Below are positions 24,301-36,968 of a stretch of 47,172 nt of DNA, one piece after another. Below the pieces are notes generated by a model. That model did not search any database and was not told the DNA's origin. It saw only the letters and a program-made list of their open reading frames with translations. The DNA is from Seison nebaliae (Eukaryota): contig JALJEE010001153.1 in assembly GCA_023231475.1 (NCBI GenBank), forward strand, positions 1 to 47,172, given 5' to 3'. Position 1 is the first letter of the stretch, and each line of letters starts with the position of its first letter. Position numbers and translations under genes: made by a program.

Positions 24301-27300
24301 CCCGGTTGTAGTACGCCATACATTGGACAAATGTTGAATATTTCATTAAGTTGCGGTTGTGTATCGATATTCGTATCTGATATACTTTCTGAAACTCCAT
24401 ACGTCTGTTCCAATAAACCTTTAAGAGATTTATTGATGTAGAATAGTTTCTCAGAGGCTGTTGGCCGGTTGGCTCCCTGAATATCAAGTTCATTCTTTTC
24501 ACGTGTGTCACTCGCCGACGATTTGCTTGTTGGTTCTTTGACGATCGATTCCAGATATTTATGATATGGACAATTATGAGAACAAAACTTTTGTTTGGTT
24601 ATCTTTCGTATGATACCTTCCTTATTCACCACATCCATTTTATTCTCACCAAATCCAATCTCATTTCCACATCGACATGATACATTACAATAACAATAAC
24701 ATTGACTTGAACCACCAAGAAAAAAAGGATTGAACGATGTTCCCGGATCGATATTTCGTTTAGCAGCCAACAATAAATTATCATCGACACATGCAAGTGG
24801 TTGTTCAATTTTCAATTTCACTATTTCGTCATGTTGACTAGTATCGGAATGGAAAGACCAGGAGTATTGGACTGGCAAATGAGAATCGTTAGAAATTCTC
24901 AATTTCTTCAACGCCTCAACTCCGTTGACGACATATCCGAAATCCACATTACTTTGTGTAAATTTGAGATTGGGATAGAGTATGTCACCAAACACTAAAA
25001 TTTCGTCCAAATGAGACGTCTCAACATAAGTGATACGAATTCGACTTCTTTCTTTTTTCGTTAACGTTTCTTCATTATTTCTTGGTCGAAAATGAACATT
25101 AAATTCAACTGTTTGACTTGGATCGATTAGGAAAGTCATCGTTAAATTTTCAGTATGATCCTCATCTTCCACTTCCTTCGCTAATGCAGATTTGATGGAT
25201 CTGGAATGATTCGTCTTTTCGATTTCACTCAAAAAGAATGGAAGTTCTGCATATAATTGGACCGTGTATGGAAGTTGGCATGTGTTCTTTAGACGAACTT
25301 TTCTCGTTTGAAGTTCCATAGTAGACGTTCCTTCATTTTTCTTCGCTACGAAATATATTTCTGATGGTTGGATATCGATTGTAGGATCGATGAATTCGGC
25401 AATCACTTGAAATTGGAAAATTTTCTCTCTTGTCGTCGTTCGTGCAATTGTTGCGATACATTCGTGATATTCAGAAATTGACGTAGGTACACTAGATAAC
25501 GCACTAAGAACTATAGTTTTAGTTTCGCCTGGTGCCAATTCCAATGTATCCGGTTTGATTATGAAGGTACCCTGTCGTTTTTTGACTGGAGCTCTCTTGC
25601 CCTGGTTTTTGCCCGTATTCTTCTTCGTTGGATCAAGTTGAGTTTGGAAGACTAATAAATGATTTCGTTTCCCGTTATTGGTCAATGTGAAAGAACGTTG
25701 GACGTATTCTCTCGTAAATACATGGTCCAATTGAACAATGGAACCAAGTGTCGGTTCACTATAAATGACACTGCCAATACCAGTACCTCGTACCGTCAAT
25801 AAACGAGGTAGAGAATCTTTAATTTCCACAATAATATTATCTTCCACTGATACTTTCTCGTTGAATAAAGCCGTGACATCCACATCAATTTCCGTTTCGG
25901 CTGGTATGAATCCACAAGCCGGCTCCATATTATATGGTGTTGGATGTCGAACTGTTCGTGCTGTATATTGAGCAGGTACAACGGATTCGTTCGATAATTT
26001 AACATTCAATTTTGCTACTTGAAGTAATTTAACAGATCCAAAATCTAAGACATTCGGACTTATGTTCACAACGGCACCTTCCGATTCGAACAGACAGCGG
26101 ATATTAATAGCTCGACGATTGCCTAGAATTTGGAAGGGAATCACCGTATGAGTACGACATGTTGTCGAACGTCTAGCATTGAGTGTGAGATATAACGTTA
26201 ATTTTTTCATCGGTTCCACCACTGTCACATACGAATCGTCTCGGGCGGAAATCGTCACATCAGGTTCTTCTCCATCATCATTGAACACATCCGTTAATGA
26301 CAGCTTGATGAGTGCCTGACCTTGTTTGTCTCTCTCAAATTTTCCTCGATATTGCTGCCAAAATACTCGACCAGTGAGAGAGGTGTCGTTATAAATTTCG
26401 AAATTTTTCGTATAATTTTGATTAATGAAACAACGTGAGAAATTCAGTTCGTTCAAATTACAAACTAATTTTGGAACCATTGCCGTTCCGAAGAATGGGA
26501 TTGAATACAATGCCTTACCCACATTCACCAGATCCAACACCACATGTTCGTTCTCGTAATTTTGCAATCTCCATGGTGTGAAGGTGATTGTGACGGTTTG
26601 AGAACTGTGTGGTTGTATAACACCAGTGGATGGTTTGCATATGAATTCAGGTGAACTCTCGTATTCTTCTTCCAAATCATCGATGAGAATCTCTTCAAAA
26701 TGTTTCATATCGGAAAGGATTGTTGCGATTTCCTTAATGGTTTGTGGATAATTTTTTAATTCGTTTATCATATCGTACAAATCGCCGAATCTAATCGGCA
26801 TTCGAATGACATATTGAATAGGAACGAGCGACGAGTTAGTGATCTGAAGTAATTTCTGATGAGGAATCCCATAAGATAAGGAGTCGTGGAAAGAGATGGT
26901 ATCTTTATCGAATTGAACGGTAGGAGCGATGATTTCTCCTCGGACCGTCAATATCGGCGATTGATCAGAATCGGATAAAACGAATTTGAATTTCTCTTCG
27001 AATTTACCTAACCGATTGGAAATGGCGGCGAAATCGAGATGAACCGTCTGGAATTCATCAGGTAGAACTAATTTGGTTCGCGGATTGAATTGGAATGCCT
27101 CCAAATGTTCCTGTCTCGAATAACTGATAAGACCGACTCTTGGAGACGCTTTCTTATCATCATAATCAATTCGACTTATATGGAAATTAGCAGCTATCAG
27201 TCCTTTATTAACGAAAACGATCTCATACGAATGAGAACTACCAATGAAAACATCACCCACATCTAAATTGCTGATATTGAGCGCCGCCTTTGCTCCAATG

Positions 27301-28643
27301 CCATAACCGCCAACTTTAAATTGAAGTCTCTTCGACTGTCCCGTCACATCACAATAAGCGATTTGAGAGAAATATTCATTTCGACTTGGCTGAAATGTGA
27401 CAACACATTGTGCCCGACTATTCGGCCAAATTTCTCCTTCCAATGGTGTAATTTGGAAAATTTCGTCTCCAAACAAAATCTTCTCACGACTAATAATCTT
27501 TCGATGTGTATCGATCGATTCTTCCAATAAAGAGACATAATCGATTTCTTCTCCGTTATCTTTCGTGTTCATCTCGGCGAGAATTGCCTGCAAAGCTGAT
27601 TCTTCAGCGGCCAAACCCTCATTTTCCATTTCTCTTAATTTCATGTCACGATAAGTTTGTTCCTCCGTTAAATTTGCGAAGCGACACCAAGTGAAATGTG
27701 TGGCGAATGGCGAATTGTTTATTATGGAAATAGTTCGTTGATTGACGAGAGTGGAGAATGTATGTTCGATACGTATTGATGATTTTTCTAATCGGATATC
27801 ATAATTTCGACTACTTCCTTGAAGTTGAACGAACAATTCTTCTCCAGTATCGAAAGAGACTTTTAAGTCTTTCTCTATCGTTCCAATGTCCATCGGTTTG
27901 AATGTGACTGTGATTTGCATGATCTCGTTGATTCCAATGATGCCACATGATGGTTCAATGTTGAACGGTTGTTCACAATTCAAAGTAAAATGAGCGATTC
28001 GTTCACCGATATTCCTCACCAATAATATCTTTTCCACTTGACACTTCACTGGAGTTTCATTGAAAGTGATCGTGTCGGGCAAATCGAGAATTGCTCTCTT
28101 ACTAATACAACGGACTGGCACAATAAATTTCTCTCGTTCCGTTACAACGACGATTTCATGATGGAAATCGATCGCCTGATCAGGTGAAAATCGAATGGTG
28201 AATGTAATGTTCAAGCCCGGTCCCACCTTATCAGAGGCATTAGGCGGACAAATGATTTTGAAGTAAGACGTTTCACGTTGCATTAATCTCACTTTTCTGG
28301 AAACATTATCCGTATTTCTCAACGTTATGGAAAGATCGACATCTTCAAATGGCTCATAATTTTGGAAGATCAATTCGGATGGCGTTGGTTGCATCATCGG
28401 CTCAGTGATGTTCACTGATGAAACTTTTTGATTCATTTTGTTTAAATCGAATAATTCGAATGCCACTGGCATATGACCTGTCTTCCATTCACGAGAACGT
28501 TCATTAGTTGACATTCTCATTTGTTGCATGTAAACGGATGGAGTTAAACGATCAGGAGTGATCATCTTCGTTTTCTTATTCTTCGAATTTGTGCTACATA
28601 AACTATCAGACAATTTCATATCCATTTTCCCCAATTCCTTCAT
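9305..28643 (-). CDS. HYDIN: HYDIN, axonemal central-pair apparatus protein (about 11 exons, ~6,200 aa if the insert exon is included)
   Basis: Two giant ORFs (21282..28643, 9305..17995) consist of repeated ASH/PapD-like Ig domains, with HYDIN hallmarks PSELIFQNYEPF, VVTEREKFIVPV, AMIIHGPP, DCEYGIVINGLD, EMTEEEYDKLP, LWDRTQG, GMGVGPNGPPIP and FRWLIQP. Mapped GT-AG introns (- strand): 21287-21239, 21115-21056, 20871-20824, 20681-20632, 20544-20498, 20393-20333, ~20210-20160 (junction ambiguous), 20031-19984, 19822-19775, 18169-18011. Confidence 0.95.
18170..19774 (-). CDS. 535-codon in-frame internal exon of HYDIN encoding a sequence unlike the ASH repeats (ORF 18143..19741 in the track)
   Basis: Acceptor aaatag|AGT at 19775/19774 is in frame with the ORF and 48 nt from the phase-0 HYDIN donor GAG|gttaac at 19822. 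The phase-0 donor CCT|gtaagt at 18169 pairs with acceptor aatag|GAA at 18011. Length 1605 nt = 535 codons. Confidence 0.75.
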
Positions 28644-28960
28644 ACAACAAATAGTTTTGAAGGAATCGTTAGATTGTCATTCAACGGTGGTAGTTAAGGT
28701 GACGACAAAGGGCAAATATGAAACACCTTTATTCCCCATCTTTATCAAATTCAATCATCTTTGATTTTAAAATGTTAGCTGACGTTTCTGCGTTTTTGTT
28801 CTTATTCATCATATTCCCAAAATAATATTTATTTATTTTTTGAATTCTCTCATCAATGTTTCTATTCGTCATGTTTGACATTCATGAAAATTTATGAAAA
28901 ATTAAAAAATTAAAAAATTAAATAAATATTATAATTTTTATCAACGTCCAAAATTGATTT

Positions 28961-31091
28961 TCAAAATTTATTCTCATACTTCAAATTTTCACAACTTCTC
29001 GATGATAGACATCGATATCGAACCAAATCAACTTCTTCTTTAACTATCGGACATTCGAGTGTCTGTTTACAGACACCTTGATAATCCAACGGCTTATGAT
29101 AAATTGGCATCGATATCCGATTATTTCTAAACATATCCAGATCGGCTCGTGTATAAGTTGTCACTAAATTCTTTTCATGAAATTTCTCCTCTTTGTCTTT
29201 ATTGCCAATATAAACGTCGTTGGACGTTGGATTATTTGACGTGACGGAGTCGTTGTTGTTCGATTTATTCCTTTCTTTGTATTTAAGAGATGTCACTGAT
29301 TTTCGATGAACGATCGGTAAAATTTGTGTTGTGGGTTCGACGACATTCGAATTGTTAAGGAGAAGATTCAAATTAAATTTCTTCCGATTCCGTTTCAATT
29401 CATTCACCGACTTGTTATGTCTATTTTGATTGTTAGTCGTTCCGTTATCATCAGGTGGTAGATTGCAGAAGAATTTCTCTCTCAGATACATCCGGCCGAT
29501 TTGTGAGCTGTAGAGATAAATGAGAGGATTGATCCAGAAAACCGAACAACAACATGGAATGAGAACAATTCGAATATTGTGAAATATGTTACTGCACGAA
29601 TAATGCACGAAAAGTTGCATAATCATATAGGGCGACCAGCAGAAATAGAATGCGCCAATCATTAGTAGGAGAATGAAGAGAACTCGTTTCCTTTTCATCA
29701 ACTCTCGTTTTATTGTGGTATTATTCACTTGACATAACTTGTAACCGATTCGAGAATAGACCAATGTTAATACGATTGCTGGTGCACCATAAATACTGAT
29801 GAGATATATGATCCCTGTTGATAATCGATGATCCAATGATTCCGTACATTGATATCTCACTTGGAAAAATTTCGTTTTAATATCTTTAAAAAAGAAAGAA
29901 ATCAATTATGTTAGGAATCGGATCGATGAAATAATCAAATAAATTTTTGAAATTTTCTTTTAAAAAAACGAACCTGCTTCTGCCGTAACACTTGTGTTCA
30001 GGACGACGGAATAATAGACGGAAATGATTGTGGAGTATATGATGGAAATGAGAATTGCGAGAAATAAGAAAATGTTTCTCATAATTTTCTTTCTATAAAA
30101 ATTAGAGAATTCGAAAATGATCAATCTGAAAAATGAAGAAAAAGGAAAAGTTGAGAGAACATTAAAAATTCGTTAACCGTTCGATGGTGGTGAAGCACAT
30201 GATATTGATGGTCATAGTGACGAAGAACGGTTCAATTTCACGTAACATACAATCAAAATGAACCAACATTAAATAGACTTGTTCGAAATTGGCATGATTC
30301 TTTGGAGATTCGTTCCATAAAGTACAATATGTCTCATTAGAGAATAAGGAGGTATTGGCCGTCCTCGGATGTGTACGAGAAGTGAGTGAATGTAAATAAT
30401 CCTTCGAATGAGAATCATAAGTTGGTCGATTTCTATAATAGATCTCCATGAGCACATTGAACACATTCTCCGTTGTGAGAATAATAACACAAAAAATATT
30501 GACGATACTCAACAATAACATGAACATATCGGTATTGAAACTGTAAGTATGACGGATGTTAATCGATGGTATCATTTCATTTTTTAGATCGTTGTTCATT
30601 TGAACAACGGCCAAAGTGGACGCACGTTGTCGTCGTACAGGTAGAATTTCTTGAGTTGCTTTTCGATTGAAAATGTTTTTGACTTTTTTAAAAAAACCAG
30701 AAATCGAACAAAGAATAATGATCTTCTTCGATAAGATCATATGAATGAGTAGACAATTGAAAATAAGACCGAGTAGACAGACGAAAAGGAAAAGAATGAT
30801 CTCTAGAACGATCACTTCGGGAACTGTGTGCAGTAAATTGTCACAATGGAATTTCGAACTGTATTGCTGAGTTGAATTAAAACGAATTCTCAATAAATGA
30901 TTCATTAAGAATTCGCGTGAGTCATTCGAACAAACGTATAAGACTCGTAAGATGAAATTATATGTACATTTATCTGTTAATCTTTCCAATTCATTCGTAC
31001 TGGCAGTCGTATTTCTTATGATATATTCCGTTGGGATTTCCGGATTAAATTTATCGAATTCTCTTATCCAATTCTTCAATGAACATTGCAT
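28961..31091 (-). CDS. Class A (rhodopsin-like) GPCR, orphan, peptide-receptor-like, 3 exons
   Basis: TM1 GLIFN, TM3 end TTIER|L, TM4 in a small exon at ~30125-29974, ECL2 Cys (YQCTE), TM5 IYGAP...YSRI, TM6 FYFCWSPY, TM7 WINPLIY, and a long C-terminal tail. Confidence 0.88.
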
Positions 31092-31393
31092 ATTCTCAAC
31101 TGATAATTGTTACAAATTTATTGACAGAAATTCTAATTCTATATTCATTCTATGCGTAAAATAGTCGTCCATTTATTCAACCGAGATAGATAGAAGTGAG
31201 AGATAAACAAGAAAATTAATAAATTGTTGAAGATAAGATAATTTTAATTGAAAATTCCATTGTATGCTCAATTAAGAATTTTATTAAAGAATAAATTGAT
31301 ATCTGATGTTAGATTTCCGGAAAGAAGATATTTTGGGGGAATGAAAGTTTTTTTTTTGATGAAATATAAATTCGATTGAAAATCTCCGAAAAT

Positions 31394-32754
31394 TTATTCT
31401 GGTACTTTTGGTGGTTCGACGCTAATGTCATCAGGCAAGTCATACGGTGAGAAATCCTGAAAATTATATTTCAATGGAACGAATGGAAGATATGGAATCT
31501 AACAGAAATCAAATCTTTGAAATAATAATATGGTGGACCTTGGGCACCACAAACATGTTGAGAGAGTGGGCGATTTCCTTCGAAATGAACCATAATATAA
31601 AAGTTACACATTTCATCATCTCTCGTTGATCTGTTTAGGTAGAAAATAATGGGGAATATATATAGAAATTTGAAACCCGATAGAAATGACTCGATTTTCA
31701 TTGTTATACATCGTACATCGAGCTGCAACCACATCTCCTTCTCTGATTGTCATGTTATTAGACGCGGGATAGAACATTTGTGGTAATTGAGGTGAACGAC
31801 GACCAATCTCTTTCCAATCGTAATAACCGTCAGCATTTTCACGAACACGATAACCACTGTTCACTATACCGTGTGAGTGAGCGTGTGTTCGATAGGCGAA
31901 GGGAATGACATCCTTGTCTTTCCATTCACAAGCCGATTCGAAATATTCTACAAAGTTCATTTGTTATTGAAAAAGAAGAAAATTAACACGAACCTTCACT
32001 AGTCGGTCCCATTCGACCACCCGTGGCCAATAGATAAACGTCAGCTGTTCTTGGAACACTTTTTCGATAGAATATTAGAAATATTAGTAATTATTGATGT
32101 TATTAACGGTGTTAATTGATAATTTAATGTGATTCCCGAATGATCTTTATAGCCGGGTTTAAAGGGAACTTTATAGTGGACTTGCATCACAATATATTTC
32201 GAATCGGCGTCGCCCAACCGAAAAGCGACATTTTTGGGCAATTCAAGTTTGGGTGCATCCATGGCCCAAGCATAAATAATTCTCGATTTACCTTTGCAGA
32301 CGGGAGTAGATGCTTTCTCTTCTGTCTTTCTTCTCATTTCTCCACATGTCCAAATATCGAGATCGGTTGGTTTATCTTCACACGAGAACAAGAGAATGTG
32401 ATGAGCTGTCTCCATAGTTGCCCGAGGAATGAAACCGGCTAAGAGAATGCGATAATTTTTACAATATTTTCTTATTCAATTAAAATTTATTAACTGACAT
32501 ACATTGGTCGACTGATGTCCAGTTCCTTCGCTGTGCACATGTAATGATCATGCTAAATGAGAATTCAGAAAAAGAAATAAATTCAAATTGAAATTTTTTC
32601 AAGTTATGTCAAAAGTGGGATGTTTTCATGTGGTTCCGAAATGAAAATATGAAAGGAATCTAACGAATTTGGGCACAGCACCAGGCATAAGCACATCATA
32701 TTCGGTTGCTAATGCGCTAGCAAATAAACAAATTATATAAACGAGAAAAATCAT
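31394..32754 (-). CDS. PHM: Monofunctional peptidylglycine alpha-hydroxylating monooxygenase (multi-exon)
   Basis: Signal peptide MIFLVYIICLFASALA, MPGA..., YMCT. CuH ligands AHHILL and MQVHY, plus IIYAWAMDAP. CuM ligands RTHAHSHG and DEMCNFYIM, plus SPQLPQMFYP. Stop TAA 31394-31396 follows PPKVPE, with no PAL domain. Confidence 0.93.
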
Positions 32755-32889
32755 CTGAACTGAAGTAAAAGCAGAAGTCAAATGAAAAAATGTTTGAACA
32801 TTTGGCAAGTGTAAATTTCTGTCGGAAAGTTTAACTAAATCTTTTCTTTCTATAAATTATAACTAAATTCCCATCGATTCCCATTTCCC

Positions 32890-32942
32890 CACACAAACAC
32901 ACACACAATTATGTACATTTCTGTGTGTGTGTGTGTGTGTGT
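32890..32942. repeat. (CA)n ... (TG)n inverted microsatellite pair
   Basis: cacacaaacacacacacaa-ttatgtacatttc-tgtgtgtgtgtgtgtgtgtgt, located upstream of PHM. Confidence 0.8.
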
Positions 32943-33469
32943 ATATGAAGAATCGACATTCCTCTCTGCCTTATCATCCAGAAAGGAATGATGTAGGACA
33001 ACCATACGGTAGTAGTGATTATCGATTTCTTATCTACTTTCGCCCACACACTAATGAAAGCTACTTAACTCCATGTCAAACAGGTTACGTCAAGAGGTTT
33101 TTATTATTTGAAATATAAGTCCAGGTGTCAGTGGAGGATGAAGGCCGAATTGTGATTGTCATAGACACTTGGGAGAATTAGCATCCGGTCGTGGTTAAAA
33201 TGAAGAATTAATTGAACGAAGAAATTTGATAAAATTGAAAAGTGTGTAAATGTAAATCGTTGAGTTGTTTTTCTCTTGTTAAAGAAAGTAGTTAGTAGGG
33301 AATGTAAATAAAGTTCTTTTTTTTCATTGAAACAGTTCATTCGATTAATACATACGACAGCTAAACAGAAAATGAAGAGTAGTAATGAAGAGAGAATGAA
33401 TTGTTTTGACATGACATGATTTGTTCATTGGGAAATTATCGATCGCCTAGGAAGAAAAGAGAAGTAATT

Positions 33470-34722
33470 TCATCCGTCATACATCTGATTAACAACATTA
33501 ATTTCATGTAGCGCTAGACGTGCACAATGGATGACATGCGTAGGATACTTAGTGGAATCGATAAATTCGTTGATGATTTGAGGAACGCGGTTCTTCAAAA
33601 AATACAGACGAATCTCCGAGAAATTGGCAATTAGCGAGACTAATTGTATTCCGACTAAATAAAACGGTTGTTTCGTATCGGTCAATAATTCCTTCGTCAA
33701 CAGATGAACTCCTTGATTGATGCATGCATTCTTCAATGACGAATGAGCCACTAATAATTTCAATGTTTGGAGAGCAACTATCGCCTCATTTCCTGATCGT
33801 TCTTCAATGTCGTTACGACAATTTTCTATACGTTCCATAATCATCTTCAGAATTTGTGTGTTGATGAAGAGACCATAAATGTTCTCCTTCTTCGGCAACG
33901 TTTCATTAACAGCGATATACATGAGAATGTGTTGTATGACACGTATGGCTGAGGTTCGCAACTCGATCTTTTCCACCGTATTGTTTTCGTCGTCAAATTT
34001 AAACAAATTATCGTCGATCACTTTAATAACTCTTCCGTGAATCAACTTCTCTAAATTCACTTCTTTCATTGTTTCGTTCGTTCTGTCTTCAATAGTAAAT
34101 GTGATACCGAACCGTTCCACTATTATAGCGAGAACATTCAACATGAGAATTTGCGTCTCATCTGCTTGCACCATAATGTTACTCGCAATCGTTCGAATTA
34201 AACGATACGCTAACGAATGGTCACTACCTGGTGCCCATTCCTTAATCGTCTCTCCAATCTCCAAGACTAGTCCCCTCTCTAAAATGATTTGCCAAGTAGC
34301 GATACATTCGTATCGTACTTCAGGTACGATGTCCTTCAACAAAACCAGCAACCAATCTAGTCGATGACATCTTAATTGAACGAAATGACGAAAAGAAGTT
34401 ATTAACCGAAAATCTTATTTTTCATCATTTCTTTTCGACCATCGGCTGACAACGCCATCAATTGGAGACACTCCAAAGTTAATTTACGACAGGCGCCCGT
34501 CTTATTCGTCAACATCTTCTTCAACGAAATAATCGAACCTAACGATATGGCGATCGCTCTCTTCTCAGGATCACGAACGAAATCTTTAAAACTGCGTAGC
34601 GCTCGAATTCTCTCTTCTGAACTATGAGACTTAAACGTCTGAGCTAAATTAGTAACGGCTCGTCTCGAATCATAACTGATCGATATGCCGAATACACAAA
34701 CCGATTCCTCTTCTTCTAACAT
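33470..34722 (-). CDS. RSPH14: Armadillo-repeat protein, radial spoke head 14 (RSPH14/RTDR1)-like, 2 exons
   Basis: The N-terminus ISYDSRRAVTNLAQTFKSHSSEERIRALRSFKDFVRDPEKRAIAISLGSIISLKKML parallels the RSPH14 pattern AYG.RA.PKL..EL.S.D...RQ.AL..L.D..HDPE....A...G....LK.LL. A 50-nt intron at 34406-34357 joins the two ORFs in frame. Confidence 0.7.
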
Positions 34723-35170
34723 GATACTTTCTTAACTAAATTTAACAATGATCGAGAATCGCATCGAAAAAGTAACGAATAATTATTCGAACAATTCAAC
34801 AGAAAATTGAAATATATTTCATTTCAACGAAATTTCGTTTATATTCACATTCCATCTCAATTTTAAATAATTCATTATTCGTCAATTTACTTACATGAAC
34901 CGATTTTTATATTGAATGGATTAATTAGGAAAATTATTTGAATTTTCAAAAAATAAATTTTAAATAAATTTTAAATGACCAAAATTCGTTTATTGAAGCA
35001 GTTGATTTAATTAAGTGAAAAATGTTATTGTCGGAACGTTTTATTAAAATATTTATTGAATAAATAAGTCGTTGAAGGGAAAGTAGAATGGGAAAGATTG
35101 AATAAAATGGACGGATGACCTTCCTGTGTTGAAAACAAATTTCTCTTGTTGGGATGAACAATAATTTCAA

Positions 35171-36968
35171 TCAAATGAAAATGAGAACTACTCCAAGAAT
35201 GATATTGATCACGAATAGACTTCCATATACCAATTCTAAACAAATTGATAATTTCTTTTGTTTCTCTTCTTTGAATGGTAGGAAAGTGATGATGGATTGC
35301 CAAATAATTTTACCATCAAATTTCCCAACCGGAATCGAGTTCACTATGGCCAATCCTAGAGAGAAGGCGATAACATATTGACCGAAGAAGATGAAATAAT
35401 ATGGAATATAATTATTCACATATTTCCATTTGCTCTGGTATTCGGTGAGGAAGATGTCTTTTGCCAATTCAAAAGTGAAACCGATGAAGATGATTGAATT
35501 ATTTTTCGCTCTATCGATCACGAATAAACGACGATAGACCGAATTATCCAAATTGAAATTTCTCTCATTATTCAAATCTACGATTTGTTTTTCATACGAT
35601 CTATCGTCATCTAAATTCGTCTCGACTTTCGGTAGGAAACAATCGACTAATGATTTGTTCGATTTTTTATTTGAAGCACAATTTGAAATTGAAGTGCAAC
35701 GTGGATATTTGAGAATGGAACGAACATGAAGACAATATCTATCGAAACTTAATTCTACATTCGGTCCAAGAAAACATAGATAAGAATCCATCATTTCATT
35801 CATATCACAACAACGATTTTGACGATCGACGAATTTGAGAACGTCCGCTCGATCCAAACAAAATCCTTCGTCCGTTTCACTGATGAGACATCGTTTCCAT
35901 TCGTTGAGTGTTGAGAATTTGCAATTGTTTAACGAGATGATTTGATCATTCTCTATTAATGTATGTTTCAATGGGGAATTCTACAAACATCATCGTCACA
36001 TCGAATGAAGAAATGAAAGAATAACATTCCGAATGTCATAGATGTAAACGCCTCGAGTTTCGTACAAAGCCGAAAAGATGAGATGAAGAAATGGAACACA
36101 AGAGAAGAGAATGAAAGTGAGAATGATGTTGTGCCAAATTCCAGCAGAATATATTCGAATTTTCTGAACAGCCGTCGTATTCTCCACGTCACACTTATCG
36201 AGAACGACGTACGCGCCAGGAAAGATGAGAAAGAAATAGACTCCAAATCCACGAATTCTCACACCTTCGATCACTGCGGCAATTGCATGTCCTGTTTCGT
36301 GGAAGATATTCACCACCCAAATCGAGATGATATAATAAGGAATGTGTGCCGTGGGCAAATTAATTCCTGGCACCTAATATATTCCAAGCGGAAATAAAAC
36401 CATCAAAAAAAAGGGAAATGAATGACACACTAACGAGAGGAATGACGAATTGTTCTTGTTGAAGAATGGAACGAATATCATCGTAACTGACGGAGACATT
36501 CTTGATGATTTGGACGATGTATTTATAAATGGCGTACACGAAAATAACGGTAGAAGAAACACCGAAAATGATAGTGATGGTGGAACCGAAGGCATAAATC
36601 CATCGGATTCTCTTATAAATATTTTTCAATTCGTTGTCTCGTTTTAATGAAGTTTTGATCAATTCCTTCTCATTCTCCACTTCTTCCGTATTATCATCCG
36701 AATTCCATGAGGAGGGAAGGAATTGATTGGGCGCCTCGAAATCGATATATTTGAAAATGGGAATTGAATAAAATAATTTGAAGAATAATCGTTCGAAACA
36801 TTTGCCTTCGAAGGAGATATAATACAATCCGATATGACAATTATGGTTCTTCAACCATTCCACCACATCTTTCTTTAGAATGATACGGAAGAGAATAATT
36901 AACAAGTAGATACTCATCCAACATCCCATCACTTTCAAAATGAATAAAACGAAATTGTGCAACATCAT
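35171..36968 (-). CDS. MBTPS2: Site-2 protease (M50 intramembrane zinc metalloprotease), 3 exons
   Basis: PGINLP, HETGH (HExxH), FPGAYV, IYSAGIWHN, a Cys-rich PDZ-like insert, and NSIPVGKFDG (NxxPxxxxDG). In-frame introns at 36434-36374 and 36025-35981. Confidence 0.95.

Noticed and set aside
33041..33060. Hammerhead-like core (CTAATGA...GAAA) or telomerase-template-like CCCACAC
   Set aside because: The core deviates from CUGANGA and lacks the required stems. The template-like match is too short to be meaningful.
33125..33196. Selenocysteine read-through of TGA in a spliced + strand micro-ORF (GG*RPNCDC)
   Set aside because: No SECIS element recognised downstream and no selenoprotein family resemblance.
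33128..33412. 94-aa ORF with signal-peptide-like start and a GTATGT donor (possible secreted peptide gene)
   Set aside because: The hydrophobic start can arise from T-rich 3' UTR sequence of RSPH14, and I found no convincing downstream exon or cleavage/amidation pattern.
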